Positions 13,658-26,796 of a stretch of 64,000 nt of DNA are shown here, piece by piece. The stretch spans positions 16,060,001-16,124,000 of the forward strand of contig NC_087252.1 of assembly GCF_037042905.1 (NCBI RefSeq), written 5' to 3'. The notes below the pieces were generated by a model that did no database searches, was not told the DNA's origin, and worked only from the letters and a program-made list of their open reading frames with translations. The first letter of the stretch is position 1. The number at the start of each line of letters is the position of its first letter. The position numbers and the translations under genes are program-made. This stretch comes from Lytechinus pictus. Lineage: Eukaryota.

Positions 13658-15298
13658 GACATGTGAATCTCTACGTCTCAGTGATTTCCTCTTAACAAAA
13701 AATGAAAAAAAGGCTAGCTTGCTCGCAAGTTTGAATGACCCTTTACCTTTGACCATAAATAAGGTCAAGTGAGAAGGACAATAAAAGTGAATTAACTGGA
13801 TCAGCCCCTCTCTCTGCTTATTCTGATAAAATTCAAAATGGTGCACTATAAATTTTGTCAACCCTTAATTCCCATAAAAATTGCACACTCATGGTATACG
13901 ATAATTCAGCAGTTTGAAATACCTGTCAAAGAAATGCTGGCCCCCCAAAATAAGAATTATTTAACTCCGTTATGTTAGGCTAATTACAATTTAAGTCCAG
14001 CCAGGGACTAGACTAGTATTAAAGTTAAATGTTTGTAGAAAAAAGTCAAACCAGACAGATCTAGAATTATCTAGATCTAAGTTAGACCTTTCCCAGGGCC
14101 TTACTTAGTTACTTTTAGTAAAAAAAGACTAACGTTAAAATCTGTCTCAAATCATTCCATGACTATGGCAATATTTATCGATATCATTCCGAATAAAAAA
14201 TATAGATTTTAGGGGCCTAGTAGTCCTAGCCTAGGCCTTATTGGATCTAGAGTTCATTTACATTAAATCTAATTTCTTTGTTAATGCAGAGAATTACCGT
14301 ATATTGATTCATATAAAGGTGAAATAGCGGGGGGAAAATCAGTAGGCCCAGGCCTAACTTTAATTAAACTTCAAAGTTCAACTCAAGCTTGTTTGACACC
14401 GATTCCCAACACCTACATCGGCAATTTTGCAGCCGGCTGGCACCGGCGGTATTCAAAGGCCGTATCCCGCTCTATTTGCCTTAGATTTGATGTAGCTTTG
14501 CAGTTACTAAACAAGTCCACATCTACCCCTGATATTTGACAATAGAACTGAAATACAGATAAGGACGCACATGAAGCATTCCAATTAACCAACTTAGTTC
14601 TACGAAAAACTGCATTTTTTTCTCAGAAAATATGTCAGTCAGATCTCAAATTTATTTGGGATCTGGAAAAAGAAATGGAAATATGGAAAATGCTTTACGT
14701 ATAGTAAACTGCACATACGGTAATAGGCCCTGACTGCAACGCCGAACCCCAGCAAACACATTACAATTACAACTGAGATCAAAGCACGAAATTGAACTTA
14801 ACTTACTTTTATTTGTATGGAATGCCATTCCTTTGATGTCGATGTTCCCTAAAAGGTTTTCTGCTCAACTGAATTTCACTCAGAAATCATGATTCTGGAC
14901 ACTAATTCTACAAACAGATGATTAGTCTTGCTATTGTATTTCAAAAAGTTGAATTTCGCAGAGTCAAAAAGAACAACACTTCGCACAGATATCGTAGGGA
15001 ATTATGGGAAGGAAAAAATGTTTAATGCATGAGAACATGAATAAAACATTAGCGTTTTATCCAATCATACAAGTGCATTATGCGTATTTTGACGTCATTG
15101 CTCATGAATTAAACATTGACCTTCCAAAATCAACCTTCAAATTGGCCAAATGGCAGCCATGTTTGTTATGTACAAAACCAATGGAAAATCAAAAACGCGC
15201 GGAAAGAGTTCCCTCTCTAGCTCCCTTCGGGAGCTTACGTATACGTAAGATCGTATCTCTGTGTTAAATGGTTGCGACTGCGCCAGTTAAGTTGCATG

Positions 15299-16493
15299 CA
15301 ACGAACGTAGAGGGCAGCAACACACAAGCGTGTTGCTCTAAGGAAGGTCAACTCCGCTCGAATTTTGTGACCACTCTAAAAAATAAGGTGGGGTTTTGGG
15401 AAATTTGTCGAGTTGATTTTTTTTTCATTTGTTAATTTCAAATATTTTTTAATGAACAATTATTAGATCGGTTATTCTGAGTATAAATATTAAAAATATT
15501 ATTTTTATTTTTAAAGAAAATATTTAGCTTAAATAATCATGATTTTGACATTTTTCCTCATTTTGGAATATTAAGTCTATGACGAGGATACCTCATATCT
15601 CTTATTTTCTTCTGCTGAATTTCGCTGCACCACTAATAAATGCATAGACAACCACCGTAATAATCGAGGTCATTTTTCCGGCCTGGGTGCGCCGAGTCTG
15701 GGCCGGTCGCGCAGCTAGCTAGTGACGTTGATGATGCGCTGGGGCTTCATGCGACTCGTCATAGATCTTTTAGCAACATAGACAATGACGTCTAATTTGC
15801 CTGGCCTGATTTGAAGTGTAATGGCTTCAGGGCTGATGTTAATCAACGATGATTGTTCAAGGTTAGATTTCAAATTTTAAATGTCATTTGACTTTTAAGT
15901 CTATAAATCTGAAATAAAGGCGCTGTATCCCCGAAATCCGGGTCTAAATTTCAACTCCGAGTCCGAGACCATGGCATGGACGTCGAAAAACAACAACCCA
16001 CGCATCGGATGCATTGCATTGGCTGCGCGCTGCGCTGCAGCTGCATGCACTGTGATGATGGATTCAGCGAAGAGCTCAGAGAAAATAAGGTGGTCATATT
16101 CAATCCCGAAATGCTTTGCGAGTGGTCACAAAATCGTCTCGACGCAAATCACCTAATACAGCCGTCTGGTGAAATCGCTGATAACAACAATCACCGATTT
16201 GGTAATGATTTAGTTTCTAAAACTTATATTTGTAAAGTTTTAAATATCAACGTATATTTTCAAATGTACGTATATTCTCTAACATAATTTTTTAATGTTA
16301 TCTTTGATATCGTTGTAGTCATATTCTTTCATATTGTTTTCGTGATCGCTACTAATTTGTTGTTGTATTTGATCGGCGTATGATTTCGTTGGGATAAATG
16401 ATAAAATATGCGCGTACCTCAGCTGCATGCGCGTATCGAGTTGACCTTCCTTAGAGCAACACGCTTGTGTGTTGCTGCCCTCTACGTTCGTTG
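15299..16493. mobile_element. Non-autonomous DNA transposon with 56-bp perfect TIR and 8-bp TSD (hAT- or P-like)
   Basis: 15299-15354 is the reverse complement of 16438-16493; GTTGCATG at 15291-15298 and 16494-16501. Confidence 0.85.
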
Positions 16494-16914
16494 GTTGCAT
16501 GCAGTGCAGCGCGCATGCGCAGGCTCGGATCATGAATTTTTTTATAGGGGGTGAGCCCGGGGGGCGTGCATGGGGGGGGGGGGGTGAGCTAACTAGATAG
16601 GAGGTTTGCATGACACCGGGGCATGACACCACTTGCGAAAAAAAAGTTTTAAAATAGATACAAACTTCTTTGACATATAAAGCTTCCTCTTGTTTGGTTT
16701 GGTTGGCAACCAGTTAAGAAATGATTATTTTTGCCACTGCTTTTGAAACTTTTTTTTCTTTGAAGACTTATATACTTTACCTAAAATAAAAAAAATTCTG
16801 TACTATTTTTTTTTTAGTTTTACTTTTCCTTTTATAAGTAGAAATAGCCTTGCTAACATGGCAAGGTTGAAAAAATTGCAAAATAGTATGTGGCTTTGAA
16901 ATTAAACTTGTAAA

Positions 16915-17321
16915 TTTCCTCGTTGTTGATTGGTAAAATTTGATGTCATAATCACGTCGTAATGTGGTCATATGAAAACGCAAATTTCTTTGTCGTTGTT
17001 TGGTAAATAAATGATGTCATAATCACGTCATAATGTGGTCATATAAAAATGCAAATTCATTTGTTGCATATTGGTCGATAAATGACGTCGTAATCACGTA
17101 ATAATCTGGTCATATAAGAAAGCAAATTTACTTGTCGTAAATTGGTCAGTAAATGACGTCGTAATCACGTCATAATCTGGTCAAATAAAAATGCAAATGA
17201 AAGTTGCCATTCTAAGTCGTCAAAATGACGTCGTAAGAACGTCATAAATACGACGACATGACGAGTATTACCACTTTACGATCAGTTAATGACGTCATTA
17301 CGACAGTGTCTGCTATCAGGG
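16915..17321. mobile_element. CACTA/EnSpm-like right end with about 60-bp subterminal repeats
   Basis: 4-5 copies of AAATGACGTCGTAATCACGTCATAATCTGGTCA, ending CAGTGTCTGCTATCAGGG (inverse of the terminus at 2835). Confidence 0.6.
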
Positions 17322-17461
17322 CTGGTGTTTACAAATGCGAAATGATGTTGATATTTTTTTCGAGTTATACCATATTTTTAACTTGTATTTAAGTGTAACA
17401 AAGCTTGCGTGCACTTGCGAAATCTCTTCTATCCAATGAACGGCCTTATACCTCTCAAATC

Positions 17462-18062
17462 TTAAAGGTCAAGTCCATCCCAGAAAAAGGTTGATTTGAA
17501 TAAATAAAGAACTCAAACATGAATAACGCTGAAAACTTCATCAAAATCGGATATAAAATAAGAAAGTTATGACATTTTAAAGTTTCGCTTATTTTTCACA
17601 AAACAGTTCTATGCTCAACTCAGTAATATGCAAATGAGAGAGTCGATGATGTCACTCACTCACTATTTCTTTTGCTTTTTATTGTTTGAATAATACAATA
17701 TTTCAATTTTTACGAATTCGACAATTAGGATCCCCTTGCTTGAACCACAAAATGTTAAAATAATGGAAGTTCAGGGAGGAATGAGACTTTGTTTCACATG
17801 ACAATGACTATAAAATAAAAATATTTCATATTTCATATAATAAAATACAAAAGAAATAGTGAGTGGATGATGTCATCGGTCCCCTCATTTGCATGCCGAC
17901 CAGGATGTGCATATAACTGTTTTGAAAAATTAAGCGAAACTTTAAAATGTTATAACTTTCTTATTTTACATCCGATTTTGATGAAATTTTCAGTGTTACG
18001 TTTGTTTGATTTTTCTCTTTCTATTCCAATCAGCTTTTTGTTGGGGTGAACTTGTCCTTTAA
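17462..18062. mobile_element. Kolobok-like TTAA MITE
   Basis: TTAA|AGGTCAAGTCCATCCC ... GGGGTGAACTTGTCCT|TTAA; internally palindromic. Confidence 0.8.
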
Positions 18063-18217
18063 ATTATAAGGCCAAATCTACTGAAAATGATAAAATATAT
18101 TTTTTTTTATATGATAGAATAATTTTGATTGGCGCATATACTATTTTTGTGAACACAATTGGTACTTGCCGGAATTTTCATAATTTTCAATTTCTTGATA
18201 AAAAACCCATTTAATTT

Positions 18218-18823
18218 GGTCAAGTCCATCCCAACAAAAACTTGATTTGAATAAAAAGAGAAAAATCCAACAAACATGCATAACCCTGAAAATTTCATCA
18301 AAATCGGATGTGAAATAAGAAGTTATGACATTTTAAAGTTTCACTTCATTTCACAAAACAGTTATAAGCCGCACATCTCGGTTGGTATGCAAATGAGGGA
18401 ACTGATGACATCACTCACTCACTATTTCTATTATATTCTATTATATGAAATATTTGGATTTTCTCGTCATTGTCATGTGAAATGAAGTTTCATTCCTCCC
18501 TTAACACGTGGAATTCCATTATTTGAACATTTTGTGGTTCAGGCATGCAAGGAGGTCCTAATTGTCACTTTCGTAAAAAAATGAAATATAGTATAATTCA
18601 AACAATAAAAAACAAAAGAAATAGTGAGTGACATCATCAACTCTCTCATTTGGATGTAACTGACTCGTTCATATAACTATTTTGTGAAAAATAAGCGAAA
18701 CTTTTAAATGTTATAACTTTCTTATTTTACATCCGATTTTGATAAAATTTTCAGCATTGTGCTTGTCTGATTTTTCTCTATTGATTCTAATCATTTTTTT
18801 TCTGAGGTGGACTTGACCTTTAA
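18218..18823. mobile_element. Kolobok-like TTAA MITE, second copy
   Basis: GGTCAAGTCCATCCC ... GGTGGACTTGACCT|TTAA. Confidence 0.75.
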
Positions 18824-20002
18824 ATTCCATTTTATTTTCATTCATTTTGCACAACAAATTAGTCTAATTAGACCAAATGGTAAATGGACTAAATGGCTAT
18901 TGGCCAACTGGTCATTAGACGGAATGACATTAAACTAAATTAAAGTAGACCATGTGGTGAGAGGACGAACTGATGGTAGATCAAATAGACAGTTTGCAAA
19001 TGGACGAATTAGCATTAGACGAATTGGAAATAACCCATATAGGAACTCAGTACCCAATTATGGAGTAACAAACTCATCAATACATTTGAAACAACTTAGC
19101 TCCATGCATGTATGTATTGCATTACACTGACTGCCCCTTATCATGGAGGTCAGGAGGTCATTTCATGGAAGCAACAGGGTCCTGGTTTTCATAGTCTAGT
19201 CTTATAAACTGTAATACTTATTCCACGGATGAAATCCTTGGGTAAGAGAAAAAACATTTCAATAGAACAAAATGTGAATATCAAATTATCATGGTGGTAT
19301 ATGTCTATTCTGTAGAACATCGGTCACATCTGTGTATTTTCATCGTCCTTGGGGGTAAACTTGTATTTGAGTGGAGGCAAAAGTTTGGTACAAGAGACTA
19401 GTCGTACCTGTAGGCCACTGGTCTGGTTTCCCCTGACCCTCCACTGCCCATTGACCACGATGGGGGTGGGGGCCAGGATCTGTTGATACTGCCTGAGCCA
19501 GAGATGTTTACCAGCTGTTGCCTCCTTGTGACTGGTGTAGTCTACTTATTCAAACTTTGATACTTGGTTCATGGGTGGAATCATTTGACGAGAGAGGAAG
19601 GCGCTGAATAGATATTTTTTAAGTGCATTAACACGGAGCCTTATGTTTACAGTGTAAAAAAAACAACACAACTTTGCATTTTTCACCCTGTTTGAGGTGA
19701 AGTTGTTTTGGGTAAAAATGTGTCTTGTTTGGTGTGTGAGACTAGGGCACATGACCCCCTACCGTGTAACTTGTTTGATTGATGCCTAGCTTTTCTGGTA
19801 CAGCAAAGTTTTGTACTGGACCTTGTTGGGGAGGGAAGATGAGTGGATTGGCGCTGATTAGAGATTGGGAGACATGTGCCCTCTATGTTAGCTTTGGGAA
19901 AAAGCACTTCCAAACAACAAGGTCCAATCTGGACTAGCCAGGCAGCAGAGAATTCCCCTGATGGCCTTATTATGATACAACCCAGGGGGGGGGGGGTGCA
20001 AA

Positions 20003-20678
20003 AAGTTATCATCAATCATGGTAACTTTGCCATCCAATAATTAACTTCCCTGAGATTTTCATTTTGATTGGCTGTCAAGGATTGTTAACGTGGTATTGGC
20101 GATCATGGTAATTATTTCTCCTTTCGATTGTCGCGATATGATCGCACACACTAAATCTATACAGTGCGTCCCAAGAAAAAACGAAACCGAGATTTAGCGA
20201 TGATTTATCATAACTCAATCATAAATACAATATAGACAAATGACCTACCAATGTAAAGCTTAGAAGGATTGTTGACATGGTATTAGCGATCAAACTCATT
20301 TGGCGGGGGTGTCTGAATTAAAAAAAGAAAATATGCCTCAAAGTTATCATCAATCATGGTAACTTTGCCATCCAATAATTAACTTCCCTGAGATTTTCAT
20401 TTTGATTGGCTGTCAAGGATTGTTAACGTGGTATTGGCGATCATGGTAATTATTTCTCCTTTCGATTGTCGCGATATGATCGCACACACTAAATCTATAC
20501 AGTGCGTCCCAAGAAAAAACGAAACCGAGATTTAGCGATGATTTATCATAACTTAATCATAAATACAATATAGACAAATGACCTACCAATGTAAAGCTTA
20601 GAAGGATTGTTGACATGGTATTAGCGATCAAATTCATTTGGCGGGGGTGTCTGAATTAAAAAAAGAAAATATGCCTAA
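20003..20678. repeat. 338-bp tandem duplication spanning host flank and a MITE left end
   Basis: AAGTTATCATCAATCATGG at 20003 and 20341; the two units are nearly identical. Confidence 0.9.
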
Positions 20679-21229
20679 AAAGTTCAATCTCTGCTCTTTT
20701 ATTTGATACCCAATCACAGATAATGGTCAAGAAGTAAAAGTTATGTTCCCTCGAAGCAATGCTTGTATTTCCATAATTTCATTAAATGAACGTGTTTTCA
20801 CCGGTTTCCCACAGAAGCTATCGCACGGTTAACAAAAGACTTAATGCATGGCTGATCGTCAACAAAACGGAGTGTCAAGTGAGTTTGAAAGCAATTAAGC
20901 CTGTAGAACCGCCAAGCCTTATTTAAAATAACCAGAACTTTGTTATTTCTTGACCATTTTCTGTAATTGAGGAATCAAATTAAAGAGCGGATATTGAACT
21001 TTTTTAAAATGTGGTTTTCTTTTTGAAACCAAGATACAGCCCGCCAAATGACTTTTTGGTATCCCCTCTTCAAATTGTTTTTGCTCACTCATGCGTGAAT
21101 GTGAAATAATCTAAGTAATTTCAGATGAAATGGGAAATTCTAAGCTTTACATTTGTCTATTGTCTTTGTGAATAAGCTATGATAAATCATCGCTAAATCT
21201 CGGTTTCGTTTTTTCTGGGACGCACTGTA
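20498..21229. mobile_element. Tc1/mariner-like MITE (family of 12844-13657)
   Basis: TA|CAGTGCGTCCC ... GGGACGCACTG|TA. Confidence 0.85.
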
Positions 21230-22472
21230 TAAAGATGAGATCATCATTCAAAATATATACATGCAAAGGGGGGGGGGGGCCTTCAAGGAGCTGAGCTTGT
21301 CCCAAAAGGAGTACATGGCTTGAAATTTTAACAAGTTTAAGAGAGATTAAAGGTAAAAACGACCTAGTAAAGAACTGCATAAAAGTATGTGAGACGGTGT
21401 GAGGGAATATGTACAATTAAGCCCTAACGGAGATGATATCTACAAAGGGAAAAGGGGGACGAAGGATGGATCGAGAGGGAGAGAAAACTTTGGACACAAA
21501 ACAAAAAAACGAGAAAAGTGAGGGCTTAGGAAAGGAAGTCCCTTGCCATGGTCCCCGGTAGGGGATGAAGTGCAGTTGCCTGCCTAGTATTACCGTGAAC
21601 TTGGAGTTGTTCTTTCTAAACATTTGCACTAATGCATTATTCGGAAGAGTACCACTTTCGTGATCATACATGAAGCTAATTAATGTATAGAAGATACATC
21701 TTCTACCTTTAGTATAAAACACATGTGCACTGTAATCAGGCTGCATCATTGAAAATAATTCTTATCACCCTTTTTTGAGTGACAAGTATCTTTTCTAGTT
21801 GGGTTTTTATATAGACTTACCCCATGCCAAGACTATGTAATGAAGATAAGGCAAAATTAGAGTTGAATACAAAAACTAGCAAAATTTCTTGTAGATTCCC
21901 GGGGGGGGGGGGGCACTTCCATTCATGAGTGGATACCATGCGCGACCATGGGGTCTCGAAATTAAAGCACCCTAAACACGTAATTTCCATATTCTGAAAA
22001 TGCACCCCTGGCTTAACAAGTATTGGCGTGTGAAACCCTACCCTTAACAAGTATTGGAAACAAAACGATACTCTTGGCAAATATTCTCTGAAATGAACCC
22101 CTAAACAAGTACAGGAATTAATGTTTTATTGTTACGGGTCCTTCGGTCGTCGGCTTTACCTTATTTGGTTAAAGTAGAAATATTATATTGAAAATCATAA
22201 AAATAAAGAATTATATATCAAATTAAAGGGGAAAATAAAAAGAACACGATAGTGAACATCATTTAATTATCATGGAGACCGATGAAACTCACTTAATTGA
22301 TAGTTTAAAGTTCTCTCTCTGAATGCTTCAAACACGCACAATTACGTCCGCGAAATTGGGTTTTTTTGATGACGTGTATAAGTGTATGAGAAACGTGATT
22401 GGCTCTCCCACGTCAAGCTCTACTTGCATGCAAAACCTGTTGCGAGGGTACGTTTTCTCCACACTGTCACTG

Positions 22473-23781
22473 CCCAGAAGGTAAAACCAGTAAGACCAGT
22501 AAGAATTTTTACTGGTTTCCAGTAGAATTTTACTGTTTTCCAATATATTTTTACTGGGCCAGTTGATTTTTAACTGGACCAGTAAAAATCAACTGGAGAC
22601 CAGTTCAAACAATTGCATTCTAGTTGAAGCAATTAGTAATACCAGTTAAATTGTTTTTCATCAAACTGGTGTTACTGGTCCAAGAAATGGTTTCCAGTAG
22701 ATTTTTATTGGTTTCCAGTATATGTTTACTGGAGCAGTTGATTTTTAACTGGACCAGTAAAAATCAACTGGAGACCAGTTCAAACAATTGCATTCCAGTT
22801 GAAGCAAAGTAGTAATACCAGTTAAATTGTTTTTCATCAAACTGGTGTTACTGGTCCAATAAATAATGACTCTATTTCAAGTAAGATCATTTGACGAATT
22901 ATGGAAAATGAATCTTGCAATTCAGAGAAAGTTATTATCGTTATCGATTGTTATCATCATTCTTCTTATAATTATCATAATTATTAATTTTATGATTATG
23001 ATCATTGTTGTTATTACTGTTATCATTGTTATTGATATTGTAATTATTATTATTAATATCATAATTATCAAGTATTAACATCATCATTAAAATAAGTATT
23101 TCCTTTAATTATGATTAAGAGCAAGATATATTCCTCTGATATAGTCAACTGGTCTAAAGTAATTCATTGTTTGAAATTGAACTGGTCAAGACTAGTAATA
23201 CCAGTAATTATGATGATGCTGAGCACGTGGTTTACCTCATTTGCATATTTCCTGTTTTTAAAAGAAAAATCAGGATTTAGAATGGAATATCCTTGCAATG
23301 GCACTCATTGTTGTTTAAAAACTTTCTAAAAAAAGTGTGTGAACTAATTCACAATGAAAATGTGTAATTTCATATATCACATTTAAAATAACAGTAGAAA
23401 GATTAATTTACTAACCATCTTTTCCATCACATTTCACTGACCATGGTATATAACAACCCAAATGCATGTTATAAATTGATCCAGTAAGACCAGTACGAGG
23501 ACCAGTTCGAGGACAAGTCAGACCAGTAGTAAAGACCAGCTTACATGCATTGGATACCAGTATGAAGACCAGTGAGACCACTGAGTAACAACCACCAGAA
23601 GCAAGACCAGTATACAATTTTCAGTAATTCAAGACCAGTTTAATTTTTAACTGGACAGTAAAATTTTAATTGGACCAGTATGACCAGTTAGACCAGTAAA
23701 CCGATGTTCCAATTTCCAGAGTTACCAGTTAAAATTCTCCTGGTCTAACTGGTCCAGTGGAACTGGTTTTTTCCTTCTGGG
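22473..23781. mobile_element. CACTA/EnSpm-like non-autonomous element, 2-bp TSD TG
   Basis: TG|CCCAGAAGG ... CCTTCTGGG|TG; ACCAGT/ACTGGT subterminal repeats; empty site CACTGAATAC in the opposite arm at about 25717-25726. Confidence 0.85.
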
Positions 23782-24575
23782 TGAATACTTCGATCACGAA
23801 ATGAAAGAAAACCCAGAAGTTTATCTAGATTTTGGATTTTCAAATTGATGATTTTGAAGATGAAGAGAATGATGATGAAGTTTCTAGCTCTAGTGACGTG
23901 GATGGAGGTAAATTAGGGGAATTACGCCTATGATGATGAGTCGGACAATTCAACTTGCATGCCGATTCGCTACCAATTACTCATGCATGCTGCTAGTGCG
24001 CTAGCTGCACGTACCGCGGGCCAAAATGAATCCATGAAAATTGATTCCAGCCTGACAATCTAGATAGAGTCTCTTCCCTCATTTACTCTAAAGAAGGAAA
24101 ATAATGATATAACTGTACTTACAAACAAATGAATATATCCGAATCTGAAGGCAAATCAACTCAACGAATACCAGCAGACGATATGCACCGACGATAATAT
24201 TCACGTGGTTGGGATATATTGTCACTCGTTCTGTTAGATATAAAAATATAGTAACACCTCGTACTATTTTTAAATTACGATAAAACCTTTTTTGAAGCAA
24301 AAAGTTGAGGTAAATTAAAATTAGATGTAAAAGATCATCCCCAACATGCGTAGCTCGTATGTAAACAAACCATCACAAACACACATTGCTTGCTCGCCTT
24401 GGCTGAGCTGAGAGAGTACGGTATATAGATGCACGTGTTGCACATCTCTCAACCGGCATTTTGGATGGTTTGTTTACAATCACATACGGAACGAGCTACG
24501 CATGTTGGGGATGATCTTTTACATCTAATTTTAATTTACCTCAATTTTTTGCTTCAAAAAAGGTTTTATCGTAAT

Positions 24576-25178
24576 TTAAAGGGAAATCCAGCCTTGGCCA
24601 TAAAATGTTGTATAGGGTAGGAGAAAAATAAATTAAACAGAATGATGAAAGTTTGAAAGAAATCGGACAAGCAATAAGAAAGTTATAGCAGCTTTAAAAT
24701 TGAGATCACTAATACTATGTAGATTTCAAATTGGCAACTGGGTAAGTAAGTTATGACAAGGGGTAAGGACAACTTTCCCATAGGCCATGTACTTTATTAT
24801 CAGGGATTTTTGGTTTTCTCCTAAGTACCCATTCCCCTGGGGCAGTAATCTAAATATAACCCAGGTAGTATATTGTTTTATGTCCTCATGAAAGAAATAT
24901 ATTATTTGAAATAAAACTTTTGTGAAAAAGGACATTTTAGCCATAATATGTATTGGAGTACATGGAAGAGTAGTCCTTGCCTTACATCACTATGACATCC
25001 CATATGCGGCCAATTTGAAGTCTCCTTGGGTATAGTGATTACCAATATTTACAACTTTTAAAAATTCATAACTTTCTTGTTGTTTGTCCAATATTGTTCA
25101 AACTTTCACCTATCAACTTGTTTGATTTTTCTTTTCCTTATATCAACAAGTTTTTATTTGGGTTGGATTCCCCTTTAA
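24576..25178. mobile_element. Kolobok-like TTAA MITE
   Basis: TTAA|AGGGAAATCCAGCC ... GGTTGGATTCCCCT|TTAA; single TTAA in the opposite arm at about 24270. Confidence 0.85.
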
Positions 25179-26796
25179 AAATAGTACGAGGTGTTACTAT
25201 ATTTTTATATAGATAAATAATTTCCCGAGTTTCGTAATTTTGTCAAAATAATATGAGATAGAAATTATATCTAACAGAACGAGTGACAATTTATCCCAGC
25301 CACGTGAATATTACCGTCGGTGCATATATCGTCTGCTGCTATTCGTTGAGTTGATTTGCCTTCAGATTCGGATATATTCACTTGTATGTAAGTACAGTTA
25401 TATCATTATTTTCCTTCTTTAGAGTAAATGAGGGAAGAGACTCTGTCTAGATTGTCAGGCTGGAATTTCATGGATTTATTTTGGCCCGCGGTACGTGCAG
25501 CTAGCACTAGCAGCTGCATGAGTTGGTAGCGAATCGGCATGCAAAGTTGAATTGTCCGACTCATCATCATAGGCGTAATTCCCCTAATTTACCACCATCC
25601 ACGTCACTAGAGCTAGAAACTTCATCATCATTCTCTTCATCTTCAAAATCATCAATTTGAAAATCCAAAATCTAGATAATTAAACTTCTGGGTTTTCTTT
25701 CATTTCGTGATCGAAGTATTCAGTGACAGTGTGGAGAAAACGGACACTCGCAACAGGTTTTGCATGCAAGTGTAGCTTGACGTGGGAGAGCCAATCACGT
25801 CTCTCGTACACTCATACACGTCATCAAATTCGAGTCAATTCAGAGACCGCTAGGAGGCGTATTTAGGAGATCGAGGCATTTTAGCGCTTTTTAATTGGCG
25901 ATTTCCACCTTATGTATTACTTTCGTTATTTTTGAATGACCAAATGATAATCCCCACATCATGACCTTTCCACTGATATATAATAAGGCCATATTCATAA
26001 TCAATATATTTCTCCTTTAAGTACGACCCCACCTTCTACAACTCTTGCAAATTGGACTCTAAACACGAAGTGTTGGGGATAAAAGGACATCCTTTATAAA
26101 ATATTTTAATTTTGTTTTATCATCCCCGCAAATTCGACCCTAAACACTAAATTGTCCTAGCGAAATAGATACCCTTTTTTCATTATTTTTGTGTTTTTGA
26201 CACCCTTATCACGTTACGCACGTAACGTGCCCTCTCGTGAAAAAGACATCCTTTTTACGTGTTTTTTGGTCGCACATGGTATCCACTCGTCAATGTAAGT
26301 GGCCCCCCGGGTGGAGATTACACAATCATTTCTAGACAAAACTTTACAAATATTATTTTAGTGATATTTTTCATGGTCAACGTACAGTATAAAAAGCTTT
26401 CGAGAAATCCAAAAATATACCTTTAAGCTATTTTATCTACCAAATACCTATAGTTTTTCTAAGATCACTAATGTCCGAGTAACGAGATATATGTCTATCT
26501 ATAATCATTTATAGTTTCGCCCTTTTTGTACATTGTAGTCAGTGTAATCATTCATCGATATTCTATTTGAGCTTTGTGTTACGGGCCCCATATATGTTTC
26601 TAGACATGTCCATCAAACCATGTATCGTACTTTTTACTTCCTTTTTTTTTGGTAAGCTTTAACTTACCATGTTAAGGGTAATTGCGGCATAATTCTTTTC
26701 CCTTCTCTTAAAGCCTCACTGCCTCTCTTCTTTATCTTCATTGCCCTCAACCCTTTCCTCTTTTCTACATTATTATGTTCAGTCATTGCTTCCTCA

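Larger units (their letters stand above)
22169..26020. mobile_element. Kolobok-like foldback element with TTAA flanks and about 700-bp inverted arms
   Basis: TTAA|AGTAGAAATAT ... ATATTTCTCCT|TTAA; arm 22365-22472 plus 23784-24365 is inverted relative to 24490-24579 plus 25179-25826. Confidence 0.7.
21898..26311. mobile_element. CCCGGG-terminated non-autonomous element hosting nested insertions
   Basis: CCCGGGGG..GCACTT ... AAGTGGCCCCCCGGG; subterminal GGATACCATG inverted at both ends; absent from paralogous unit B at about 47900. Confidence 0.7.

Noticed and set aside
22866..23078. Ile-rich hydrophobic ORF resembling a membrane protein
   Set aside because: Translation of a degenerate (ATT/ATC)n microsatellite inside a CACTA-like element.
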